DNA of 64,000 bases from Eledone cirrhosa (Eukaryota): contig OZ024742.1 in assembly GCA_964016885.1 (NCBI GenBank), forward strand, positions 89,652,001 through 89,716,000, given 5' to 3'. Below the pieces are notes generated by a model. That model ran no database searches. It had not been told where the DNA came from and saw only the letters and a list, made by a program, of their open reading frames with translations. Numbering within the stretch: the first letter of the stretch is position 1; every line of letters starts with the position of its first letter. The position numbers were made by a program, and so were the translations under genes. Shown here in pieces: positions 1 through 13,076 of this stretch.

Positions 1-290
1 TTGGATTTATAACAGATCTAAGTGGTACAATTAGAGTTATGGAATAGATGGGATGAAATAAGCTCGTCTAAAGTTATCAAATTTGGTCGCCATTTTATGC
101 CTACAGAAAATAGTTCTTTCAATTTTGCTGTTAAGTAGCATGTTGTTGTATTTTAACATTTGGAATAACTCCATATTACAAAGACCACACTGGGACATGC
201 CAATTCTATAGTCTATTGCCGTTGATAACTTCATCCAGCTGATTCTTTATTCCTGGTTTGCTTCATTGATCTGCCAGATTTTATTGGCAA
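1..290 (-). mobile_element. Inverted copy of the 3' end (GIY-YIG region) of the adjacent Penelope-like element
   Basis: Reverse complement matches ~2850-3140; ORF 37..234(-) is a near copy of ORF 2785..3123(+). Confidence 0.85.
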
Positions 291-1440
291 AATTAGCTAA
301 GTTAACAAGTATATATTATATAGAATAATACCACAAATTAAAGAAAAACTAATAATTAACCTCTCGGGTAACACTAACGAAGGTATAGATCGGTTTAGCA
401 AACTAGACAATAAAGAATCTTCCGACTTCATACAATTTGAACAAAACTACAAAGTATACACTCAATAACATTAACAAGGAAGGACTTAATATAGAAAAAA
501 AAACTTTGAATATCTGATAGAACCCTTGTAAACCCACTTGTAAACCCACTTTTAATTTGAAGGACCATAAATGCAACTTCGAAAATGACCCTACTATTAG
601 ATTAATTTGTCCATCAAAATCTGATATAGGCAAAATTAGCAAGTATATACTAGATAAAATAATATGACAAATTAAAGAAAAAATCATAATTAAGCTCTGG
701 GGTAACACTAACGAAACAATAGAGTGGTTTAGCAAATTAGACAATAAAGAATCTTCCGACTTCATACAATTTGAAGAAAACTACAAACTCTACACTCAAT
801 AACATTAACAAAGAAGGACTTAATATAGTAAAAAAAACTTTAAATATCTGATAGAACCGAACGTCTAACCCCTCGTAAACCCACTTTTAATTTGAAGGAC
901 CATAAATGCAACTTCGAAAATGACCCTACTATTAGATTAATATGTCCATCAAAATCTGATATAGGCAAAATTAGCAAGTATATACTAGATAGAATAATAT
1001 CACAAATTAAATAAAAAATCATAATTAAGCTCTGGGGTAACACTAACGAAACAATAGAGTGGTTTAGCAAATTAGACAATAAAGAATCTTCCGACTTCAT
1101 AAAATTTGAAGAAATCTACAAACTCTACACTCAATAACATAAACAAGGAAGGACTTAATATAGTAAAAAAAACTTTAAATATCTGATAGAACCGAACATC
1201 TAACCCCTCGTAAACCCACTTTTTATATGAAAGACCATAAATGCAACTTCGAAAATGACCCGACTATTAGATTAATATGTCCATCAAAATCTGATATAGG
1301 CAAAATTAGCAAGTATATACTAGATAGAATAATACCACAAGTTTAAAAAAAATCATAATTAAGCTCTGGGGCAACACTAACGAAACAATAGATTGGTTTA
1401 GCAAAGTAGACAATAAAGAATCTTCCGACTTCATACAATT
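290..1440 (+). repeat. Tandem ~335-bp reiteration of one RT segment (about 3.5 units)
   Basis: 'aaaattagcaagtatatactagata' and its flanks recur at ~632, ~967 and ~1302, with a diverged copy at ~290. Confidence 0.9.
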
Positions 1441-3171
1441 TTACATCAATGTCTACTACTCTTCTATTTCCTCAGTAACCCTAAATAAGGCATTAACCTT
1501 TGCACACTAAAACTCTGACCTACCACTAGAGGAAATTAAAATAATACTAGCTTCTAGAAGAACAATCATTAGGTTCGATAAGAGTTACTGGGAAAGAAAA
1601 AATAGACAAAATAACTTTGATATCACTATGGGATCGAACGATTCAGCCCAAGTAACGGACATTGTCGGAATATATATAGCACATATTTTACATTGGAATT
1701 TGATAACCTACAGGGAGAAATTTATAGAGACGATACATTACTTTTAGCTAAAAACCTAAATAATCAAAACTTAGGAAGTTTACGGAAATGGATTAGAAAA
1801 TTATTCAATAAATTAGGCTTTAGCATCACTTTTGAACTCAACTCTTAAAAAGCTAACCTCTTAGATGTATCACTTAACCTAAACACTGGATTAATAGAAC
1901 CCTTCCATAAAAATAATGAAAATCTAGCTTACATTAATTATAACTTTAATCACCCTCGCCCCATAATTAACTCCATAGCACATAGTATATCCCTTAGAAT
2001 CTCGCGCTTATCTTCTAATCTAGAGATTTTTAACAAACACACTAACTACTACAACATAGCTTTACTTAAGGCAGGCCATAACACAGAGACTCAAATACAT
2101 ACCAGATACAAAAAATAACAACACACTTAACAGAAATAACACTCTCCACACCTATAGAAGCAACAAATCTAGGATTAAACATAGACATTGGCAACAAGCA
2201 CGAGAATTAATTGAACCGAATACTAATATAAAGACCACTAGAAACTATAGAAGATGCAGAGATAGAAAATACTTATGGTTCAATCCAATATTTAACTCTA
2301 TAAAAACAAAACTACCTTATAATTTCTTTAAATTAGTTGACAAACACTTCCCTAAACTTCATAAATATCATAAAATCTTTAATAGAAAAACTATCAAACT
2401 ATCTTTCTCCACTGCCAACAGCATAGAATCGCACATACATGAAATTAACTATAAGAGAAATCTCTAATACAATTAGCCCGCAAACAAGTACCAGAACACC
2501 AAATATAAAACACAAACACATTACATCATCAAAACCAAATACCCGTCAGAACACATCACCACAATACATCAACAAACCCAATTCTCAGCACATATATATC
2601 AACATACAAAACCATATCGAGGAACCGGCACATAGGGTGGCATCAAAATGTAACTGTCATCTACCTGATAAATGCCGATTAAAAAATAGATGCCTGGAAT
2701 CAAATATAATGTACCTATGTACTATGAATTCAGGCAATTTAGCATGGCACTACATAGGGCCCACACCGGTGGGGGGGGGGGGGCGTGCAAGAAAAGGTGT
2801 TTGTCCACAGATACTCTATAAATAGCAGGAAGCTTATGAATACAACAACGCTCGCCAATAAAATCTTGCAGATCAAAGATGCACACCAGGAATACAGAAT
2901 CAGCTGGATGCAGTTATCAACAACAATAGCCTATAGAATTGGCATGTCCCACTGTGGTCTTTGTAATATGGAGCTATTCCAAATTTTAAGATACAACAAA
3001 ATGCTCCTTAACAGTAAAATTGAAAAACTATTTTCTGTAGGTATAAAACGGCGACCAAATTTGATAACTTTAGACGAACTTAATTCATCCCATCTATTCC
3101 ATAACTCTAATTGTACCACTTAGATATATTATAATATCCAATTATCATCATTATTATTATAATTATTATTA

Positions 3172-3262
3172 GGTGAACTTTGCCTTTCATCATTACGGGG
3201 TCGATAAAATAAAGTACCAGTAATGCACTGGGCATTTGCTGGCCTTGTGCCAAAAGTAGAAA
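3172..3262 (+). mobile_element. SINE fragment (central and 3' part)
   Basis: 'ctttgcctttcatcattacggggtcgataaaataaagtaccagt...ggccttgtgccaaaagtagaaa' is the reverse complement of the SINE copies at 14082-14462. Confidence 0.75.
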
Positions 3263-3942
3263 TAATTATTATTATAATTGTCATCATCTGTCAATGGATC
3301 AACATCATAACCTATTATATTTTATATTTTATTTTATATATATCTCTCTTTACTTTTCACTTTCTATCTTTCTATTTCTCTCCCTAAATTTATTTCATCT
3401 CTTGCATTTTATCTTATATTATTTTCACTTCTAATATAACTTGCAATTAATTAATCAAAAAATTAATTATATAATTAATTTATTAAAATAACCAATACAC
3501 ACATAATTATATTTAACATTTTCATGTTTATACCTTCGTATCACTATATTTTAACCACCAACACTACAACTAGTCTCAATAATCTTACTGTGTTTACTTT
3601 TCTTCGCACATATAAACATTTTTCATTTATTTATTTTCATATTTGTATTATTTTGTATCATCCTAGATGTAACTTTTTTATTAGCACTTATTTATTAGCA
3701 TTTATTCATTTATTGTTGATATCATTATTTTTCCCTTTATTTTTATTTTTATTTACGTTTATTTCTTATTTATCCTTTTCTCTTCTCCTTCTAACATCTA
3801 TTCTCTCTGTCATTTTCTTTTTTCCGTTCTCCTTTGTCTTTCTTTCGTCTCTCTATCTCTCTTTTGTTTTTCTCTCTATATCTTTATTATTAATATTATT
3901 AATGATGCTGTAATTTGAATTCGTAAAGATACTGGAAATATA

Positions 3943-4057
3943 ACAGTTATCTCCGATGATCTGGTTAAGCTAACAACGTATTGAAAATTGAGTAGCACTG
4001 CTTCAAGTGTTCAGCAATATTTAGACAACTTAATCAGTGAAACAATTGTGAGGCTGT
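3943..4057 (+). ncRNA. Degenerate type I hammerhead ribozyme in PLE 3' UTR
   Basis: CCGAUGA core variant (3953), stem II ctggttaag/cttaatcag with long insert, GAAA (4039), palindromic caattg stem III. The site reads GUG, so it is probably inactive. Confidence 0.55.
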
Positions 4058-4272
4058 AAATAAAACCCTTTTTTGTAATTGACCATGTTGTTCTTCACTC
4101 TTTCAATATTATTACTCTAGGATAAAATAACATAGGAATACAAGAGAACTCATAAACTCGCCACCTACGTAAACCTCTTGTTGAGTCAAATAACGCTGTG
4201 CACTAAACTATCCATAATACGAAGTATTCACAGCCTCTAACTGGATTACCTATAACGATATTTTGTTATCTG

Positions 4273-4342
<70 letters not shown>

Positions 4343-4345
<3 letters not shown>

Positions 4346-4848
4346 CCCACCCCTCTGACCCCTCCTCATCCACATACGCACACACACCGACCTACACCCA
4401 CCCCACACAGACCTTTTCCTGAACATGGAACCTCGTTCTTCCCCCAACTCTCACGTTCAAATACACACACACTTACACCTACACACACACACCACCTTCA
4501 GCCCTCCCCGCTCGGGCACCCTGCCTCCCTTTCCCCACTCCACCCGCCACCACCCCTACACGCCCCACACCCTTCCACCACTTGTTTATCTTCATGTTTA
4601 TTTTTATTTTTATTATTTTTTATATTTATTTTCATTTGTACACCTTCCACCGTTTCCTCTCACCCCCTTTTTTCTAAATGTCTCTACCCCACTCCCTTAC
4701 ACAACCTTGGAACTCTCTTCCCATACACTTTTCGCCTGAAGAAGGGGTTATGCCCGAAACGTCGCCCCCCCCCCCTCCACAATCTCAAGACCGTGAAAAT
4801 AATAAACTTTGTTCGTACTGCCTCTTTGTTTTGTTCCCGTTCCATTTT

Positions 4849-4851
<3 letters not shown>
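4343..4851 (+). mobile_element. 3'-end fragment of the Neptune-like PLE family, with minimal hammerhead core at 4736-4763
   Basis: Matches the reverse complement of ~23990-24510; contains ctgaaga-agggg-ttat-gccc-gaaa-c-gtc; flanked by (TA)n on both sides. Confidence 0.8.
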
Positions 4852-4911
<60 letters not shown>

Positions 4912-4917
<6 letters not shown>

Positions 4918-5660
4918 GAATAATCGAGAATCGGAAAGTCAGCTTATGAATTTACGATAAACAAATCCGATATGCGTAGCAGAGGGCTCAATAATTTGGG
5001 TAAATCAGAGCTATAACTATCGTTAAAATGCTAACACATAGAGATCATGTCTAAAATCACCCAACAGCCGAAAGAACGACCAGGAAGATTCGGGTTAACT
5101 CAAATAAAATATCAATAAATCAATAAATTAAATGAATATAAAAACTTACCCGGACCCGCTAGAAAGATGTTAAATCTAGCTTCATGGGTTTCTGCAATTC
5201 CTTACTCCGATCACCATCAGCCCACATAAAAATATATATGAGACTTCTAGAGAAGGGGGGACGGTAGAAAAGCTTCTTCAACGGGAAATCCGTCCGATAA
5301 TGAGAAGGAACCCCGTAGCTAAATACGCACATGGTTTTCAGCAAGGGAGATAACCTCCACATTAGCGAAAAAATCTTCGGTAATGTGTAAATCTCGTAAA
5401 AATACAAAATATCACATATCGAATCAGAGTGCTCGATGGACGTGTTAAAACAAACAAGAGCCATTCACCAGTCAATAAAATCGACATAGAACAAATAAAA
5501 TTAACTGGTCAATGGCTAACATCTAGAGATAAATATAGTAGAATAATCGAGAATCGGAAAGTCAGCTTATGAATTTACGATAAACAAATCCGATATGCGT
5601 AGCAGAGGGCTCAATAATTTGGGTAAATCAGAGCTATAACTATCGTTAAAATGCTAACAC
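4912..5660. repeat. ~125-bp direct repeats enclosing ~500 bp of unique sequence
   Basis: 'tagtagaataatcgagaatcggaaagtc...atgctaacaca' at 4912-5038 and 5536-5661. Confidence 0.85.
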
Positions 5661-5673
5661 ATTTGTTAGCATT

Positions 5674-5751
5674 ATTGCCTCGTCTGACGAACGAATGAAG
5701 ACGTTTCTTTCGTATTCGCCTCATTCGGGAAACCTCTGGTAATGAGGTAAT
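5674..5751 (+). ncRNA. Type I hammerhead ribozyme
   Basis: Stem I attgcctcgt/atgaggtaat, CUGACGA (5684), stem II cgaatga/tcattcg, GAAA (5729), stem III cc-tct-gg, GUA site. Confidence 0.8.
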
Positions 5752-5853
5752 TATATTGTATTGATTTTTATACATTAAATTTTGCTCTGATACTTACATA
5801 GAGCACTCTTCACTTCTATGACCATTTCTGTTTCCAACGGAAATTTCAATACA

Positions 5854-5979
<126 letters not shown>

Positions 5980-5981
5980 TT

Positions 5982-6355
5982 AATAAAAGGAATTCCAACT
6001 TTGTCTGATTTACTCGTTTTATTTACAATCCTTTAAAATTATAATGATATTAGAATGAAATAGTATGGTAGAATATTAAATGTTAAATGTTAATTGAACA
6101 AGTACTTTCATACTTTCGCAATCTTCAGGTTAATATTCTGTGGTGACAGTCAAGTTTGCAATATTCGACTGTGAAAAATGCAAACTTGACTGTCACTCCA
6201 GAATATGAACTTGAAGATTGCGAAAGCATGAAATTACTTGTTCAGTTAACACTTAACATTTAATATTCTGCCATACTATTTCATTCTAATACCATTATAA
6301 TTTTAAAGGATTGTAAATAAAACGAGTAAATCAGACAAAGTTGGAATTCCTTTTA
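5982..6355. repeat. Fold-back inverted duplication between (TA)n tracts, each arm with a stem-II-less hammerhead-like motif
   Basis: 5982-~6160 is the reverse complement of ~6178-6355; motifs at 6095-6133(-) and 6206-6244(+). Confidence 0.85.
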
Positions 6356-6395
6356 ATAATATAATCTTCTATACACAATCATGCACACCCGTGTA

Positions 6396-6468
<73 letters not shown>

Positions 6469-7163
6469 GGATTTAAATGGATACAGTTCAGTTAAAAGGA
6501 ATTTATTGACACGTGTTTCAATAACAGTTACATAACCTGAAAACAGCTGCTATCTACAAAGTATTAATTATGCAGACACTCAATATTTCAATGTTATTAT
6601 CAACCATCATTTCATCAGAATAATTTTATTGAGAACCTGTTTGGTTTTTATAGAGAATATTAAGAGGGAGGGGTGAAGTTGTTAGAAGAATAGTTAAGGG
6701 AGTGGATAGAGATTTTTTTGATAGCAGTGAGAATGTTTGGTAGCAGTGAGTAATTAGATTCCCATCTGTTGTTTTGACATTTTTATAGAATACATTATTT
6801 GGCGTTGGTTATTTTTCTAAATCTATAGAAGGATTAGAGATAGTAAAGATATGCATGGTTGGTTTTGTGCTTGCACTTAATTAACATACAGGCTTCAATT
6901 TTTCTTTCAAGTGTACGTATCCTTTCGCCCACGCATTCACACACAAACATATATGCACACCCCTACAAAATACGTACACTCACATACACATACATACATA
7001 CTCATACTTACATACATATATACATGCACATATATATATATACATATATATACATATATATATGTACATACATACGCATTCATGTGTATACATTTTCATA
7101 CTAAATTTATCTTCATATACACACGTATAGACACACACATATATAGATACATACTCCTGTCTA

Positions 7164-7202
<39 letters not shown>

Positions 7203-7206
<4 letters not shown>

Positions 7207-8699
7207 CGTTTCTGAATTTGTTTATCAAGATTCTTTATCTGAAATCGTGTGTTGAAACCGATATTGTTATACTTTGGGAGGGTCATTAGAGTTACTATAG
7301 ACGACCCAAGTAAACACCCCAACCATCGATTACCTGTACTAGACACAGAGCTCTGGTTAGATACCATTAATAATAAAAAACAAATCCTCCATTCCCATTA
7401 TGCCAAACCCATGACTTCCAAACATCTGATCCACCGAAACTCGGCCGTTTCGGACCATAGCAAAATCAACATACTGATTGCGGATTTGGTACGGGTGATG
7501 AGAAACGTGTCCCGCATGTGCAACCCCGAATCACTAGAGAGACACATACAACACTTCATCCACCGTATGCAGTTCTCTGGTTACAATCAGAGAGATAAAA
7601 TCACAGTGTATAGAGGAGCCAGAATCAAATGGGAAAAAATGGTAAATAATGACATAAATGGGACCTGCCCCTTGTATAGGAGCAAATTTTGGAATAGAAT
7701 AGAAAGAACTAGGAATAAGGCTAATAGAATAAACTCATGGTATGATAGCAATAAATACCAGAGTGTAATGTTCATCGATACAACCCCTAGAGGTGAATTA
7801 GCTTACAAATTTAGAAGGGCCCTAGATAAACATAAACTCAATATTAAGATAGTAGAAAGACCAGGTACCTCCGTAAAAACACTTATTAGCAAGACATACC
7901 CTTTTCAAAGACCCTCATGTATAGATAAGAAATGTATAACCTGTAAAATAAGCCCCCATATTAACTGTAAAACTAGAAATGTAGTGTATAGCATAAGATG
8001 TACTGAAGGACAATGTAGAGACAAAAATATAGTGTACATAGGTGAGACAGCTCGTAGTGTAGGGGAACGGATAAATGAACACTGGCGAGACCTTCAAGAT
8101 AGTAAAGAATCATCTGTACTCTACCAACATGCTAAAATAGAACACAAGGGTAAATTAGAGAACATAGAAATAAAAATAGAATCTACACACACAAAAGACG
8201 CAATGTTTAGACAAATCACAGAGGCAATAAACATAAAAGAATTATAACCAAAATTAAATAGAAAATATGAGTGGAACAGCAACATCACAACTTACAATTA
8301 AGGACAAAATGAAAACACACACACTCATAGAACAAACAACCAACCAGTAACATGTAAATAAACAAATAAATAAATGAACATAAACACACACAGACACCCG
8401 GATGTGGCGCTGCGCAGACTGAGCACACAACACACACACAGAAACAAAATGGCGTAGGACAGAACAAAGGAGAGGCACAAAAACAAAGAAAGGAATCCCC
8501 AGTCACTGAAGAGGTCACAGAGTGTGTGACGAAAGAACTATGACAATATATAAACAACTATCTGGTTGTGGAACCAACCAACCAACCAGAAATTTATATA
8601 TTTATAAATTTATTATAAATTTATTATAATAAATTGAAGTGAAAGCAACTGGTGCGTGTGTTTCTTATTGGCAACATGACCCTCCCAAAGTATAACAAT
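7203..8699 (+). mobile_element. 5'-truncated Penelope-like element family A (RT thumb plus GIY-YIG) with short inverted terminal piece at 7203-7285
   Basis: ORF 7249..8247 has PVLDTELW, HSHYAKPM, RMQFSGY, C..C..C linker and VVYSIRC...VYIGETARSVGERINEH. Nearly identical to 38590-40014. Confidence 0.92.
8502..8544 (+). ncRNA. Minimal type I hammerhead ribozyme (PLE family A)
   Basis: gtca-CUGAAGA-g-gtcaca/tgtgac-GAAA-gaac-UA-tgac. Further copies at 23766-23808(+), 37414-37456(-), 39820-39862(+) and 61154-61196(-). Confidence 0.8.
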
Positions 8700-8939
8700 A
8701 TATATATATATGTATATATAAACACTTTAATACATGAATACACATACATCTAACTATACACATCAAACATATATATATATTTACTTATTTATATACATTT
8801 TCACATATATATACATACATATGGTCGCTTTTAAGACACATTCATTATAGCATATTCGCACCTATTCTCATCAGCATATCTATGCATTATTAGTGTGGTA
8901 ATTTAAGGTTATTAATATACATATATATGTTGAGAAGAG

Positions 8940-9800
8940 ATTGTTTTTATATTTTTCTAACTAGATTGAGGTTTATATAGTTGGGGGGATGTCCCTCTTT
9001 TATATAATATTCAGCTTGTAGTGGGAAAAAAGGGTTTTAGTTCGGTGACGGCAGAATAATGTTCGTTCAATTCTGTTATTAAGCAATTTCTTCTTGTGTG
9101 TGATTATGTAATAAATCTCAAGATTACACAATTTGCAGAAATTTTGGCTCCTGGAAAAGCTTTGGGTTTTAGTAAGAATGCCTATACAATCGAGATTTAA
9201 ACGATGTTGCCGTTAATCCCACGTAATACCACTCGTTGCCTCCGGATTTAATGGTACACTTATAGATGATATTTTTTTCCAGGCAGTTATTGCCGAGGAG
9301 GCAATTGTCAGGATAGGTGCAGTTACAGTTGTCTACGTTGGTTTTGTAGTTAGGTTTACTCTGGAGTAGTATTACGGACGAACTTGGGTGTGGTTTATTT
9401 ATGTTCTGTAGTGTATTGTCTACTGTTTTTTTTTGTGTTCTTTGTACTTAAGTTTTTAGTGTTTTCGTTTAACCTTCTAGTATTGATCTTTTTTATGTGT
9501 TGTTCAAGGTTTAACGCTGTAGAGTATGACAGTCTTATAGTGGTAGGGTTTAGGATTTTGTGGTATTTGTGTGATGTAGGAAAATGTCTCTTAACTATTT
9601 TAAAGAAGAGTACTGGTAAATTTGTACTAATGGAACTATTGTATTCAGGGTTATACCATAAGTACTCTTTGCATCGCTTTCTATTAGTTTTGTTTGTTGG
9701 TTTACTGGTGTGTATACTATGGTAGTAAGTGTGGTTTGGTGTTGTGTTATTATATCTACCTATGTGGGATTTATTCTGGGTGTTTTAATTGTTTTCATCT
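8940..9800 (-). mobile_element. Degenerate PLE fragment (WYNP-type, GIY-YIG region)
   Basis: Minus-strand translation gives YLWYNPEY..HFPTSHKYHKILNPTTIRLSYST and CNCTYPDNCLLGNNCLEKNIIYKC. Confidence 0.75.
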
Positions 9801-9915
9801 ATATACTCTATTTTCTCCGGATTACTTTTGAAACTACAACTGGAACCGTCGAGCAAACTCTACGTGAGCTGTCCATCTACTGTGTGTAATATTTATATCA
9901 CAACACTACGGAAAA

Positions 9916-9988
<73 letters not shown>

Positions 9989-10022
9989 GAGAGAGAGAGA
10001 AGAAAGAATTATATATATATAT

Positions 10023-12125
10023 ATTGTTATACTTGGAGAGGGTCATATTGTTGTAATAATGTTGCCAAAATTAATAACAGAACAAACTCACTGTTTGGTT
10101 GGTTTCCGCATCTGTATCTTTTATATCAGTTAATTTATTCGGTCCTCAATGTTTACCATTGACTGACCAACGGTAAAAAAGTACATATATAATATAGACA
10201 CAAACACATATATATAGTCTAACAAAGTTCTTTCGTTGCACATCTGCAACATCGTCAGTGGTGCTATTATTACGTTCCTCCTGTTTTATTGTATATCTAC
10301 GCCATCTTTATTTAATCTCTTTATTTATTTATTTATTTTTGTCTTCTCTGCGCTTGCGTTTGCGTGTATGTATAGTGTTTCGTGTGTGTTCGCGTTTAGA
10401 TAACTGTGTTTTGGTTATTGTATTCTATCTTAGATTACTAGTGTGTGTTTATATGTGTTTGTTGTTATTGTGCTTGTGTATATATTTATTTATTTATTTA
10501 TATTTCTCTTAGGTCAGTATTCTTTGTTTGGGTGTTGTTATTCCATTCATTTTTTCTGTTTAGCTTTGGCCTTCTAAGTTCTATTTCATTTGCCTCTCCG
10601 ATTTGCCTATCTGCAGGGTCATTTCTATGTTTAGATATTATTTTAATTTCGATGTTGTCTATGTTACCCTCATGTTGTTGTCTGGCATATTCGTATAGTA
10701 CTGAACCGTTTTTTCGTCCTTTTAGTTCCCCCCAGTGTTGGTCTATCATTTCACCTATACTACGAGCTATCTCGCCTATGTATGTTGTTGTTATGTTTCT
10801 GCAAGTACCCTCTATACATATTATGCTATAGACTACGTTTCTAGTTTTACAGTTTATCCGGGAGGTTACTTTACATATAATACATTTCCTATTAGTACAG
10901 TGGGTTCTCTTAAAAGGGTATATTTTGCTGATCAGGGATTTTATGGTAGTTCCTGGCTTTTCTACCACCTTAATCTTTAAGAGGGTCTTTCTCAGGGCCG
11001 TTCTACACTGGTTAGCTAATTTCCTTCCAGGGGTAGCGTCCACGAATATGACACTTTGGTATCTCTGTTTGTCGTATCATGAGGTGGCTTTCCTTATCTC
11101 ATGTATAGTCTTATCTAAGCTATTCCATGATTTGCTCCTGTATAATGGGCAAATTCCTTTCATGTCCAATTCTATGAGGGTCTTATACTTCTCCGCGGCT
11201 CCTTCGTATACTCTGATTCTGTCTCTTTGGTTGTATCCAGTGAACTGCATGCAGTTGATGATGTGTTGGATGTGTCTTTCCATTTCTGTTGGATCGCACA
11301 TGCGGGACACGTTCCTCGTCACTCGTACCAAGTCTGCGATCACAATATTAAAATTAGCACTACTGGACATTGCTGAGTTTTTGAGTATCAGGTATTTGGG
11401 GGCCATGGGTTTAGCGTAGTGTGAGTGGAGAATTTAGGCCCTCGCGTCTATAGTGTTAATCCAGACTTCCGTGTCGAATACAGGTAGTCTACTGTTAGAG
11501 TGTTTGGAAGGGTAGTCGATATTTACAGTTATACTCTGGTGTATGGAATTAGCTATCTGCTGGATGCATTCCATTGTGCTACATTCTAAATCATACTTGC
11601 TAGTACTCTCTTGTGGGGGTGTCCTTATTACTATATTAATATCGTCTACGTAACGAGAGTACATGATGAGGTCTATGGAGCCCTCATCAAGGAGTTCCTT
11701 GACTCTCCTTTTTCACCATACCATAAAAAGGTTGGCAACATCTCCAGCGATGCTGTCGCCAATGGCTGCTCCCTCATTTTGGGTGTAGATCTTCTCGTTG
11801 AATTTGAATATGTGGCCTTTTAGGGTAGTTTTAATACTAGCCTCTATTGAATGTGCGACCATTTTTCTTACCTGATCGTTGTTTTGTGGGTCCGTATGAC
11901 TTTGATCCACCCAATCCACCTACCCATGTGAGTCCTTTTTGCCATTGAGGTTATGGAGGGGGTCTACCTCTTATGAGTCTACTGGGGCAGAAACGGCGAA
12001 TCTCATGGCTGTCTAGGTAGTCAGTGTCATAGGTAGGTCTAAGTAGGAGGCCCAGGTAGTCTGTGACAAGGTCGCAGAACTCCATCTCACGCTCACTGAT
12101 CATCTCCACACATTTTTCCACAGCA
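10023..12125 (-). mobile_element. Penelope-like element related to family A (RT core to GIY-YIG, disrupted); hammerhead at ~10221-10262
   Basis: ORFs 11713..11919 (GAAIGDSIAGDVANLFMVW), 11434..11664 (YSRYVDD), 11077..11406 and 10498..11043 (YIGEIAR); ctgacga-t-gttgca/tgcaac-gaaa-gaactt on the minus strand. Confidence 0.9.
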
Positions 12126-12128
12126 AAA

Positions 12129-12510
12129 TCTAAACTATAATAAAAGAAGGTCTGCGGGACTGCGTTATCCCGTTTGTAAAATAAGTTGGATTATTTTGAA
12201 TAAATAATGAATGAATATTACATAATTTATCTACTAAATTTCGTAAACAAAAATAATTTCGTAAATATAAATAATTTAAAATTGTCTTCTTTTCAAAGTT
12301 GCACTTCCGGTATATCGTTGCAACCACCACCACCACTTCAACTACCATATATATATATATATACTTCCGGTGGCGATCGCTTAAATAAAGATACTATTTT
12401 TCTGTCACTAAATTTCTCCTAATGCAGTTTATATATAATATCGTCTTCTTTTAATGTATCATGGATTACGTTACTGATTACATAAGACAATGTAGCACAG
12501 TCTACATATA
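12129..12510 (+). mobile_element. 5' part of a non-autonomous Helitron-like element
   Basis: Starts A|TCTAAACTATAATAAAAG; inverted homologue at 13220-13622; another 5' end at ~30270-30397(-). Confidence 0.6.
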
Positions 12511-12586
12511 ATTATATATGGTAACGAGTAGGACACCGACGGCTGAGCTCAAGCCGTTTCGATATATATATATAATTATATATATA

Positions 12587-12672
<86 letters not shown>

Positions 12673-13076
12673 TATATATATATAAATATAATTATATATA
12701 CAAATATAATTATATATATATAACGAAGGAAATGTGGTAAGGAAACAGGTGGACCATAACGCATCAAAGTACTTAATACTTCGGGTAGTAGAGTGGGTAA
12801 TAGGAACAAGTAAGACCCCGACGGCTGAGCTCAAGCCGTTTCGACGGCTAATTCTGGACTATATAAATATATATATATATAATTATAACGAAGGAAATGT
12901 GGTAAGGAACCAGGTGGACCATATTTAGTTCAGAATTACTCGTCGAAACGGCTTGAGCTCAGCCGTCGGGGTCCTACTCGTTCCCATATATAATTATATA
13001 TATATATATATTTATAGTTATGTATTAATCAATATATATATTTATTTATAGAATTATATATAAATAATTATATATA

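Larger units (their letters stand above)
290..4100 (+). mobile_element. Degenerate Penelope-like retroelement (YRDD-type RT, WFNP motif, C-terminal GIY-YIG) with AT-rich 3' UTR
   Basis: Broken frames give [48 protein letters not shown] (~1616), IYRDD (~1720), LWFNP (~2275), CNC..PDKC..CLESNIMY..HYIG (~2650-2760) and CGLCNME. Many stops and frameshifts. Confidence 0.85.

Noticed and set aside
403-1100. Two similar hydrophobic minus-strand ORFs (MKSEDSLL...)
   Set aside because: Antisense frames of the tandemly repeated PLE RT segment.
6577-6622. CUGAUGA...GAAA on the minus strand (similar case at ~37118-37150)
   Set aside because: Stems I and II pair too weakly to call with confidence.
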